NCBI GenBank assembly: GCA_002269645.1
Contig: NIVC01001015.1
Location: 1-31,111 of the forward strand
DNA from: Macrostomum lignano
Lineage: Eukaryota
Reading direction: 5' to 3'
DNA length: 31,111 bases
Both the position numbers and the translations under genes were made by a program. The notes below the pieces were generated by a model, which was not told where the DNA came from, made no database searches, and saw only the letters and a list, made by a program, of their open reading frames with translations. Shown piece after piece: positions 1 to 9,593 of the stretch (position 1 is its first letter; each line of letters opens with the position of its first letter).

Positions 1-834
1 ATAAGTCATGGCAAGCAGCAAAGGAAAAGGCACCCTTGGGCTGCGGCCTAGATGCCTCTTTGGATTGGACCGAGGGCCCGAATCGTGCGCGTGTGCCGTG
101 CGTTTTCTGTCTGTGAGGAGAGGACGGGAGAGGAGGAAAGGAAAAAAAACTGGGCCGCCTGGCTGCCAGTCAACCCACGCGCCCAAGCTTTACTTCAGGT
201 TCAACTGTTCAGGGGAGCAGAACACAATCCAGTCGGCAAAGCCTGTCCAAAAATATTGTGTGTTGTGCAAAAGTTAAAACTCTCCACCTCCTCTCCCTCT
301 CCCCTCAGCATGGATTGGATTGAAACCGGCGCTTCCCTGGCGCGTATGTACATTCTAGCGGTGGGGAATCACGTGATCAAATTGTACACTAATCCATTGT
401 ACAGTGTCAGATAGAGTTTGGAAAAGGGAGAGAGGGAAAGAGAGAAAAGAGGGGGTGGCGGGGCGCAGTGCTAGCAGGCAACATACACATAACAGATTCT
501 ACTTGCCCTTAGTCCACTATCTCACACACGAACACTCCGCCTGCCGACTGAATATATTTTGGCACTGCATTTAAAACACAGAAACTCTTAAATTCATTGG
601 GTTGGCAAAGAAGGCCGCCCCTCGGGCAAGATATAATAAATAAAGCGCTTTACTTTTTCAAAGCACATCAAACGAAGTTCTGTGCATTTGTCTGCTTACT
701 CTTCTTTTGTGTTCAGACAAATTTTCGACTAGTAAGAGTGAAGGAAACGAGAACAGCACTGAAGATTGAAGTTTTAACAATTCTGTCGTTGACTTTAGAC
801 ATATAGCTTTATTTTAATATTATTAATTATTACA

Positions 835-3579
835 ATGACGCTAGCAACAACTTGTCGTCGACTGCTGACTCCGGCGGCAACCGCCTTGCGTCGTTACTAT
901 TCGCCAATTTCTGATTCGCCTCGCAATCGAGTCGCTATTCTGGGCGCCTGCGGCGGCCTCGGCCAGCCATTGTCACTAATAATGAAGCGCTCGGAATATA
1001 TTGCCGAATTGGCGCTATACGACAAAGTGGACACCGCCGGCTTGTGCGCCGACCTTAGTCACATCTCGACTAAGGCGGCAATCAAGGGCTACCAGGGTAG
1101 CGATCAGCTAGGCGACTGCCTGACTGGCTGCAGCGTGGTGCTCATGATTGCTGGGATTCGGAGGTGAGGTCGACTAGATTTATATAATTGTTATTGTTAC
1201 CATAGCTCGTCTATGAACCATCCCTCCAAATAATCGGCCTTGCCGCCTCGGCCTCTATATGATTAGTCTATGACCGATTAATCAAACGCCCAATCTCCCT
1301 CTATGACCCACTAATCAAACAGCCCAATCTTCCTTTCTATGACCTGACTGATTTAGCCAACACCCCAATCTCTATGACCCATTTAACCAACACCCAATCT
1401 CCCTCTATAACCCATTAATCAAACAGCCCATGCAATCTCCCTCTATGACCCACTTAGCCAACACCCCAATCCCTCTATGACCCATTCCTATTTAGCCAAC
1501 ACCCCAATCTCCCTCTATGACCCTTTAGCCAACACCCCAATCTCCCTCTATGATCCACTTAGCAACACCCCAATCTCCCTCTATGACCCACTTAGCAAAT
1601 AGCAACACCCCAATCTCCCTCTATGACCCACTTAGCCAACACCCCAATCCCTCTATGACCCATTCCTATTTAGCCAACACCCCAATCTCCCTCTATGACC
1701 CTTTAGCCAACACCCCAATCTCCCTCTATGATCCACTTAGCAACACCCCAATCTCCCTCTATGACCCTTTAGCCAACACCCCAATCTCCCTCTATGACCC
1801 ACTTAGCCAACACCCCAATCTCCCTCTATGACCCACTTAGCCAATACCCCAATCTCCATCTATGACCCATTTAGCCAACACCCCGATCTCCTTTTATGAC
1901 CCCTTCCACAAAAATCGCAATCTAGCACGCGTAAATGATAATTATTGAAATGTGAAATCCTAACTCTACCACCTACACCTAATATCTATCAATCACATCA
2001 TACCCCTGTCAGGCAGCCGGGCATGCACCGTGACAGCCTATTCCAACAGAACGCCACCATTGTTGCCGAGCTAACAGACGCCGTTGCTAAGCACTGCCCG
2101 AAGGCCCAGCTGTGCATACTCACCAATCCTATTAATAGCAACGTGCCCCTAGCTGCTGAGATTCTCAAGCACCGAGGGGTGCACGATCCGCGTCGCTTGT
2201 ACGGCATCACTACTGTTGACTCTGTGCGAGCTGACGTAGTCTATGCCAAGTTAACTGGTCACCCGCTTGACAAGGTTTGAGCATGGGAATTTATTAGGGA
2301 TCTATCATCTTCATCAATGTCCTCTGAAGCTTCCTCTAGGAGCAGTGAAATCCCATTCCTAATTTCACTATCTTCATCTCGACCCAGCTTCCTGCTGTGA
2401 GCAGTTGAGATCCATCTATCTACCTCATTTTCATCTCGATCAATTTCAGCTTCCTCTGTGAGCAGTTGAAATCCATCTATCTGCCTCATCTTTGTCTCAA
2501 TCCTTCAGCTTCCTCTGTGAGCAACTGAAATCCATTTATCTGCCTCATCTTTATCTCGATCCCTTCAGCTTCCTCTGTGAGCAACTGAAATCCCGTCTAT
2601 CTGCCTCATCTTTATCTCGATCCATTTCAGCTTCCTCTGTGAGCAGTTGAAATCCCATCTATCTGCCTCATCTTTATCTCGATCCCTTCAGCTTCCTCTG
2701 TGAGCAGTTGAAATCCCATCTATCTGCCTCATCTTTATCTCGATCCCTTCAGCTTCCTCTGTGAGCAGTTGAAATCCTATCTATCTGCCTCATCTTTATC
2801 GCGATCCATTCCAGCTTCCTCTAATCCTCTGTGAGCAGTTGAAATCCCATCTATCTGCCTCATCTTCATTCTAATCCCTTCCCAGCTTCCTCTGTGAGCA
2901 GTTGAGATCCCATCTATCTGCCTCATCTTCATCTCGATTCCTTTCAGCTTCCCCTGTGAGCAGTTAATATCCCATCTATCTGCCTCATCTTCATCTCGAT
3001 TCCTTTCAGCTTCCTCTGTAAGCAATTGAATTCCCATCCCCTTATCTTCATCTCAATCCAGCTTCCTGTGTTCCGGGAGATCTCATCTACATCATTCAAT
3101 TCAGAGATCCCTAACCTCCAATCCAGGTGAGCGTGCCCGTACTAGGCGGTCACAGCGGCCACAGTCTGGTGCCGGCCTTCAGCCAGGCCCAGCCACATAG
3201 CCGCCTGTCACCCGAGGATGTCCGCCGCCTCACTGAATCCGTACGCGGCGCCGCCGACGCCATCGTCGCTGTGAAAGCCGGCGGCGGTTCGGCGACGCTC
3301 TCCGTAGCCGCCGCCGCTCATCGTTTCGTCAACTCGGTGCTGCTAGCCCTGGACGGCCGGCAGAACATTATTGAATCGGCTTTTGTCGAGTCCGACGCCA
3401 TGCCCGATCTGCCATTCTTCTCCTGCCCGTTGCTGCTTGGCCAGAACGGCGTCGAACGAAATTTAGGCGTCGGCCAACTGTCCGAGTACGAGGCCGAACT
3501 GATGAAAGCAGCCGTGGCCGAGCTTCGAGTCCAGATTGAAAAGGGCCAGGAATTTGGCTTGGCCTGGGCAAAGCGATGA
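835..3579 (+). CDS. MDH2: Malate dehydrogenase, mitochondrial type (3 exons, 347 aa)
   Basis: Exons 835-1163, 2013-2274 and 3127-3579 join in frame (1044 nt) with GT-AG introns (AG|GTGAGG...TGTCAG|G; AAG|GTTTGA...ATCCAG|GTG). Motifs: Arg-rich N-terminal presequence, VAILGACGGLGQPLSL (Rossmann), LYD, AGIRRQPGMHRDSLF (substrate Arg pair), TNPIN, GITTVDSVR, GGHSG (catalytic His), KAGGGSATLS. Confidence 0.95.
1285..1905. repeat. 33-34 bp minisatellite filling MDH intron 1
   Basis: Tandem unit ccccaatctccctctatgacccacttagccaaca with degenerate edges; explains the spurious ORF 1550-1831. Confidence 0.92.
2290..3110. repeat. ~60 bp minisatellite filling MDH intron 2
   Basis: Tandem unit cttcctctgtgagcagttgaaatcccatctatctgcctcatctttatctcgatcccttcag, roughly 13 copies. 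Confidence 0.92.
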
Positions 3580-3660
3580 TTTATTTATGTATTTATGAAT
3601 ATACATATTGATTTAGTTTAGATCTAATTTTCATAGTCTAGCGGGTGCGGTGATTGAACT

Positions 3661-3666
3661 AATAAA
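3661..3666 (+). terminator. Candidate polyadenylation signal of the MDH gene
   Basis: AATAAA 82 nt after the MDH stop codon in an AT-rich 3' region. Confidence 0.5.
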
Positions 3667-3744
3667 TCCATACATTCGCCCGTGTGAACTGCTGGACTGA
3701 ATGAACTGAGCTAGACCGACTCCTGCTCTCATTCTGCCCAATCT

Positions 3745-4150
3745 CTCCCTTACCCCTCACCCACTGTCTCCCTTGCCCCTCACCCCCACTCTGTCTCCCA
3801 TACCCCTCACCCCCACTCTGTCCCCCTTACCCCTCACCCCCACTCTGTCCCCCTTACCCCTCACCCCCACTCTGTCTCCCTTACCCCTCACCCCCACTGT
3901 CTCCCTTACCCCTCACCCCCACTCTGTCCCCCTTACCCCTCACCCCCACTCTGTCCCCCTTACCCCTCACCCCCACTCTGTCTCCCTTACCCCTCACCCC
4001 CACTGTCTCCCTTACCCCTCACCCCCACTCTGTCCCCCTTACCCCTCACCCCCACTCTGTCTCCCTTACCCCTCACCCCCACTGTCTCCCTTACCCCTCA
4101 CCCCCACTCTGTCTCCCTTACCCCTCACCCCACTCCGTCTCCCTTACGCC
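3745..4150. repeat. ~27 bp C-rich minisatellite
   Basis: Unit cccttacccctcacccccactctgtc(c); the opposite strand has G-runs GGGGGTGAGGGGTAAGGG. Explains the PLTPTLS ORF. Confidence 0.92.
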
Positions 4151-4989
4151 TCAATCTGGCACCAATATCATCCCAGTGTCGCTATTTAGAATTAAATTAC
4201 GTGCTTGAACAGAATTTGTCAATGAAGCCAACGACTTATTTTTCTTTGAAGCTTTTCAACACGAATTAATCCGATTGGGTAAAGAATTTCTTAAATTATA
4301 GCAGTTATTTTAACTCAAAAACCAATTCGTACAAGTTTTTTTGCTGCTTTGAAATCGTCGGCCCCTTTTATTTTCTCAGTTGTTCGATTCAAAAATGTTT
4401 TTACTTTATCTCACTTCTCCCTTATCTAACTACCTAGCTACTGCAGTGACTCATAATAATGCAGCCTTTATCTGTTATAATCAACTATATTCTCAAACTG
4501 CTAACAGTGGTATGTGTGTGTGTTTGTGTGTGTGTATCCACCGTCAAAAAAATCTTTTTATGGGGCTAAATCGTGTGATCTGTGAACATTAAAAACTCAA
4601 CTGTTTACTATTTTATAAGGTTTTCATGTTCTGCGACTTACTACTAACTTGATAAAACCGTAGTAAGTAGCAAGCTTCGCTTCAGGGTTACGTCTTCTGC
4701 AAGTCTAAAAAACACGGCATTAGTAGCAACTACAATTTTGAATCAATCTACGAGTATCTTTGAACAGCCTGGCAACGAGTTTGTTTATCTTAGATACGGT
4801 GCATTTTTAAATCAGTCTAAAATGTACCAGCTTGTTCAAGGTATTGTGACCCAAACAGTCGGCCCCAAATACACATGTAATGAATTGTATTAGAAACATT
4901 GAGAGATGTAATGTCTCTCCGTTGCAGTACCAACTCAATTTTTGTCTATTTTTATTTTTATTTTTCTCAATTCACCAGCGCGATAAGCC

Positions 4990-5190
4990 GACAGTATCAA
5001 TTAAAATTCTCCTTCTACCAGTTAAAAATCTCCCTCATTCAATTAAGAATCTCCCACTGCCAGTTAAAATTCTCCCTCTGCCAGTTAAGAATCTCCCTGT
5101 CAATTAAGAATCTCCCTCTGCCAATTAAAATTCTCCCTCTGCCAATTAAGAATCTCCCTCTGATAGTTAAGAAGCTCTCTATACTGATCA
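4990..5190. repeat. 21 bp minisatellite
   Basis: Unit aattaagaatctccctctgcc and variant agttaaaattctccctctgcc. Confidence 0.85.
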
Positions 5191-5199
5191 ATATACTTA

Positions 5200-5665
5200 T
5201 CCAAGAATCGCCCCCAACGCCAGTCCAAGCATCGCCCCAATGCCAGTCCAAGCATCGCCCCAATGCCTTTCATAGAATCATCCCAATGCCATTCATAGAA
5301 TCGCCCCAATGCCAGTCAAAGAATCGCCCCAATTCCATTCATAGAATCGCCCCAATGCCAGTCAAAGAATCACCCCAATGCCTTTCATAGAATCATCCCA
5401 ATGCCATTCATAGAATCGCCCCAGTGCCAGTCAAAGAATCGCCCCAATGCCATTCATAGAATCGCCCCAATGCCAGTCAAAGAATCGCCCCAATGCCTTT
5501 CATATAATCGCCCTAATGCCATTCATATTATCGCCCCAATGCCAGTCCAAGAATCGCCCCAATGCCAGTCCAAGAATCGCTCCAATGCCATTCATAGAAT
5601 CGCCGCAATGCCTTTCATAGAATCGCCGCAATGCCAGTCATAGAATCGCCCCAATGCCAGTCCAA
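5200..5665. repeat. 23 bp minisatellite with alternating variants
   Basis: Units gaatcgccccaatgccagtcaaa and gaatcgccccaatgccattcata alternate; directly abuts the 21-bp array. Confidence 0.88.
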
Positions 5666-5911
5666 GTTTCGGTTCAATGTATTTTTTTCAATTATATGCA
5701 TAGCTCGTTTAGTCGGAAAAGCTGTGAAAAAGTACGAGTTTTTTTTAATTCGTTACAAAAAAACACTTAATTTTGAGCGCTAAATATAATAACGGTCAGC
5801 TTAAGATGTGTAAAATCATTTGTTTCTTTTTTCCAGGTATAATTTTTTTTGGTGATTAGGCAATGCACTTTAACGCGCGGTTGCCTAGCTCTCCCACGTC
5901 CGAAATTCGAG

Positions 5912-6736
5912 CTAAACGAGCGGGTCGGAGCACTGGCAGACCACCGGGAAGCTGTCCGTGTCCGGATAGTCGGACAGCTTGCGCTGAAGCAGCACGCCGG
6001 CATTCTCGGCGGCCAAATTGTTGTTCGGCTGGTCGGCGTCCCACACGGCCGACCGAACTGGCAGCCGCGGCGGGCTGGGACCAGCGCAGGGATGCCAGTG
6101 CCAGCCGCCGGCAGGCTCCGAGGAGTTTGGCAGCTGGACGGCGCCAGTCCAAACCGGGTTGCCGATGGCGCCGCCGTAGATGACCAACGCCGATTCGATG
6201 TCGTCGTCGTTGTCCAGCTGGGCCGGTCTGGTCAACTCGCCGTCAGCTAAGCACCTGGCCGCCTGCGTGGACCAGTTTCCAACGGAGGTGTATAGTTTGT
6301 ACTTGTAGCCATGGTAACCGCCGGTCGTGTTAGCGGCTACTCGATAATCAGGCGGGCAGGTCGCGCCGGCTCGAATGTACACGGTGACGTTGATGGCGTC
6401 AGTGGGCACCTCACCGACTGTGCAGTTTGATCTGCGGACTGCGGCGCTGCAGCGGCTCCACGCGTAGAGGCTGCACCGACCGCGGGCGGCATCGAAACTG
6501 AACGCCCTACAATCGGCCTGCGCTGAGCAGGCCACGGCGCAGGGTCGCTCGTCGGAGTAGACAGCCGCCAGCCGTCTGATGTACTCGGAGGCCACGCACA
6601 GCAGCGGCAGACGGACGGGGCTGTAGATTTTGCCGCCGGCATCGCGGCTGTTGCAGCTGCTGGCTGTTTCCATGGCAACTAGAGTCGCTAGTAGAGCGGT
6701 AAGCATTAGCGACATTTTTAACGATGACGCTCTCAT
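5912..6736 (-). CDS. Secreted PAN/apple-domain + C-type lectin-like protein (274 aa, intronless)
   Basis: Hydrophobic signal peptide (MSLMLTALLATLVAMETASS); PAN/apple pattern CAVACSAQADCRAFSFDAARGRCSLY; CTLD pattern CPPDY...YKLY..VGNWSTQAARC...VWTGA...GGWHW...WDADQPNN..AENAGVL...LSDYP...VVCQ. Confidence 0.85.
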   Translation of the reverse strand: MRASSLKMSLMLTALLATLVAMETASSCNSRDAGGKIYSPVRLPLLCVASEYIRRLAAVYSDERPCAVACSAQADCRAFSFDAARGRCSLYAWSRCSAAVRRSNCTVGEVPTDAINVTVYIRAGATCPPDYRVAANTTGGYHGYKYKLYTSVGNWSTQAARCLADGELTRPAQLDNDDDIESALVIYGGAIGNPVWTGAVQLPNSSEPAGGWHWHPCAGPSPPRLPVRSAVWDADQPNNNLAAENAGVLLQRKLSDYPDTDSFPVVCQCSDPLV

Positions 6737-8108
6737 TTTCGACGTGTCAACTTTACAAGAATAAACGTCGTCTTTGCGTTTTATTGCTTTAGCTTAGCTA
6801 CCATTTAGTTAGATGTTTGCCCAGACCCAGCAGCTTTTATAGTATTGCGGAACTAAACTGAGTGTGAACAGGAGACGCTAGTGACATGCAAGGGGATATT
6901 GTCTCTGAGAAGCTCTCCTATATTACATTGTAATTGTTGGCACTGCTGTAGTTTAGCTTTGGTAAAGAGAGAACCGGGGTAGCTGTATAAAGAATAGAAG
7001 CTTCTGAGTAGCGTTCGATAAGTTTTAAGCAAGCAACGAATGCATGCAAGTTGTTTGCCCAGCTTGCCTGCTAATGTGTGTGCAGTCCGTGTGTAGTATA
7101 CCGCGAGCTGCCTAACAAACAGTTGAGGATCCAGAGCCCTGCATGTGTTGCACGTGAAACTCTGTATGCCCAAGCTGAGTGCCTCATGCTAATTGTATTT
7201 GTGAAACTGAGGAAGACTTACTTACAGTGTATAGTCAATAAACAGGTGTATAATGATACATGTACATGTGTATTTATGGGTAGCATTATCAGGTGGAGCT
7301 TCTATCAATATGCGTATTGAAATATAGCAGAGGTAGTTAACAACTATACATCAAATGGTACACCTTAATTTTACCTCTTATTTTGAACAAACTCCCTTAT
7401 TATTCAAACCAAGCATGTCGGGGGCCGTAGCCCAGCGGTCTAGCGCAACTGCTCTGGTGTGCCAGCGACCCAGGCTCGATTCCAAGTGCAGTCACATTAA
7501 TTTGGGGCTGAATTGGAATCTTGGCTTGGCTCTGCTCGTGCAATTAACGGCCTTGAGAGCCAACCCCCCAAGGCGCAGTGAAATGTACATGCCTAACGAT
7601 AAAATAAAGTTAGGGCCGCTGTACACTCCTGTGTGAGTGTGTGCCTGCGTACGTATCCGCGCGCTTGTATGCCTGCTCAGGGGAGTCGGCGGAATGGGCA
7701 GTAATGCCTCTCGCCGGTTGTGTGCCTATGTCGCTTAAAGTGCGCCAGGGTGCACACAACCCCCCTGCCTCTAATAAAAAAAGATGGATGCATGTCCATG
7801 TTGCATTGTGCTTGCAGAAATTCAATTATGACAAACACCCTTAAGTCTTTATCAGTGTCTGATTTTGATGTTCCGCTTGTTTGAATGCAAAGGAAGTTTG
7901 TTCAAAATAGGAGGAAAAGGGTGTCGAATTACACTAATATACTTCTAGACTAGACTGTTAAGCTAATTAGATTATTTAACTACCTATAAATAGAATCCGC
8001 TCAAGATCAATTTCGATTGGGAGTGCTTACAAAAATAAACAAAATTCTAAAAAAAACAGTTAAAATTGTAACATGTCACGCCTGATTGGTTTCACGCCGT
8101 GTTCACAG

Positions 8109-9593
8109 TTAAACAAGCGCAGGCAGCAGCATCAACAGCAGCTGTACAGCAGCGAGCATGATCGACAGTTGCCCAGCTGATGCGGACATGACGAACTTGG
8201 AGGCCAATGCCACAGCGCCGCTGCCATTAGCCTGGCAGGCCATGGCTTCGCAGGCCCGCAGCACCCGCTTCTGCTGCTGTTGCTCCATCAGCTGCGGCTG
8301 CAACCCCAAGCTGGGCATCAGAAAGTCCACGAACAGCTGAAACGAAGCTTCCGGCTTCTCAATCGGGGTGCTGTGACCCGCGCCAGACACCGACCTGTAC
8401 CGAATGGTGAAGGCGTTCAAGGACGTCTCAGAGCCGCCCACCTGAACGGAAGCGGCGCCGAACATGCACTGGCAGTAGTACCAGGAGTAGCGGTTGCCCT
8501 GTAGCGGCCAGGTCATATTGTCGACGAAGCCCGCCGTGGCCAGGTAAGGCAACAGGTAGTCTAGGTTGCCATTGTACAGCAGTACATCAATTTTGCTCCT
8601 GTTGAGCAGCAGTAGCTGATGGGTCAGGGCCTCATTGCGGAAATCGTAGCTTGTGAAGATGCGGCCGCTGCAGATGTGGTAGCGCTTGGCCTGAGGCGAC
8701 ACGCCCAAAGCGCGACGCACGTCCGGCCTCTGCAGGTAGTGCTCCATGGCGGTGGTGTTCAAACACCTGTACGAGTCGTTGTAGCCCAGGATGTTGTGAT
8801 GGCAGAGGCTCTCAACGTTGTACTCATTGAAAGTCGGATCGGGATCTTTGAACTGTTTCTCAGTCACGGGCATCAGACCCATGAAGTAGGCGAACTCGGC
8901 CCTGGCTGCTAGCATCGCCTCCCGACCCATAAAGTAGCCGTTGCCAATGGCGACGCCTCGAAGTCGAAGGCCGTCTGGTCTTGACAACCGTTCATCTGCC
9001 AGAAGCGCCTCGGCCAGCAGCGGCAGGTAGACTCCGGCGTAGCTCTCGCCGGTCAGGTAGAAGTTCCTGGCCCGATACTCTGGGAACAGCAGCAGGAACT
9101 GACGCAGCGCAAGGATGTTGTCGCGAGTGGTGCTCCCATCGTTCCAGCGAAATTTGCTGGACGTCCGGGCCTTGCCGTAGCTAAAGCCGACACCTGCCGG
9201 CGATTCCAGGTAGAGCATGTTGGCCACACGGTTCCAGGCCCAGGGATTGTGCACCAGCTGGGCCCGGTCGTTCACCAGGAACGGCCCATTGGTGGTCAGC
9301 AGGCCGCCGATGGACGAGCAACCGGGGCCGCCGTTCAACCACAGGACCAGCGGCGCCTCTTCCGGCGGCTTCTCCGAGCTCTCCACCAGCCAGTAGAACA
9401 GGCGGCTGTTCGACTGCTCAGCCGCCTGCAGGTAGCCGGAGTATTGGCCAAATCGTGGACCCATCGTCGGCTGGCCTGGCAGGTTGACGATGCGGTGCCT
9501 CTGAGCACTGAACGGTTGCGACATCAGCGATAGCGACATCGTCAACCACAGCAACAGCAGCTGGAGATTGTGGTGGCTCAGATGAAGTGCCAT
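8109..9593 (-). CDS. Serine carboxypeptidase, peptidase family S10 (cathepsin A-like), 494 aa, intronless, probable GPI-anchor tail
   Basis: Signal peptide; QYSGYL, LFYWLVES, WLNGGPGCSS, NPWAWNRVANMLYLESPAGVGFSY, GESYAG (catalytic Ser), YNGNLD (Asp), GAGHSTP (His); terminal hydrophobic stretch LSIMLAAVQLLLMLLPALV with no cytoplasmic tail. Confidence 0.93.
   Translation of the reverse strand: MALHLSHHNLQLLLLWLTMSLSLMSQPFSAQRHRIVNLPGQPTMGPRFGQYSGYLQAAEQSNSRLFYWLVESSEKPPEEAPLVLWLNGGPGCSSIGGLLTTNGPFLVNDRAQLVHNPWAWNRVANMLYLESPAGVGFSYGKARTSSKFRWNDGSTTRDNILALRQFLLLFPEYRARNFYLTGESYAGVYLPLLAEALLADERLSRPDGLRLRGVAIGNGYFMGREAMLAARAEFAYFMGLMPVTEKQFKDPDPTFNEYNVESLCHHNILGYNDSYRCLNTTAMEHYLQRPDVRRALGVSPQAKRYHICSGRIFTSYDFRNEALTHQLLLLNRSKIDVLLYNGNLDYLLPYLATAGFVDNMTWPLQGNRYSWYYCQCMFGAASVQVGGSETSLNAFTIRYRSVSGAGHSTPIEKPEASFQLFVDFLMPSLGLQPQLMEQQQQKRVLRACEAMACQANGSGAVALASKFVMSASAGQLSIMLAAVQLLLMLLPALV

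Noticed and set aside
8-806. Short ORFs upstream of MDH
   Set aside because: No recognisable motifs or splice structure; likely promoter or intergenic sequence.
3745-4150. Telomere-like repeat
   Set aside because: The unit contains TAAGGG within a 27-mer, not tandem TTAGGG.
3773-5643. Pro-rich and repetitive ORFs (PLTPTLS, KNLPLP, ESPQCQS)
   Set aside because: All coincide with minisatellites and mostly start at non-ATG codons.
6853-7844. Short ORFs between the lectin and carboxypeptidase genes
   Set aside because: No domain signal and low-information composition.
8940-8954. X-box-like GTTGCCAATGGCGAC inside the carboxypeptidase CDS
   Set aside because: Explained by the conserved VAIGN peptide of S10 enzymes; deep in the coding region.
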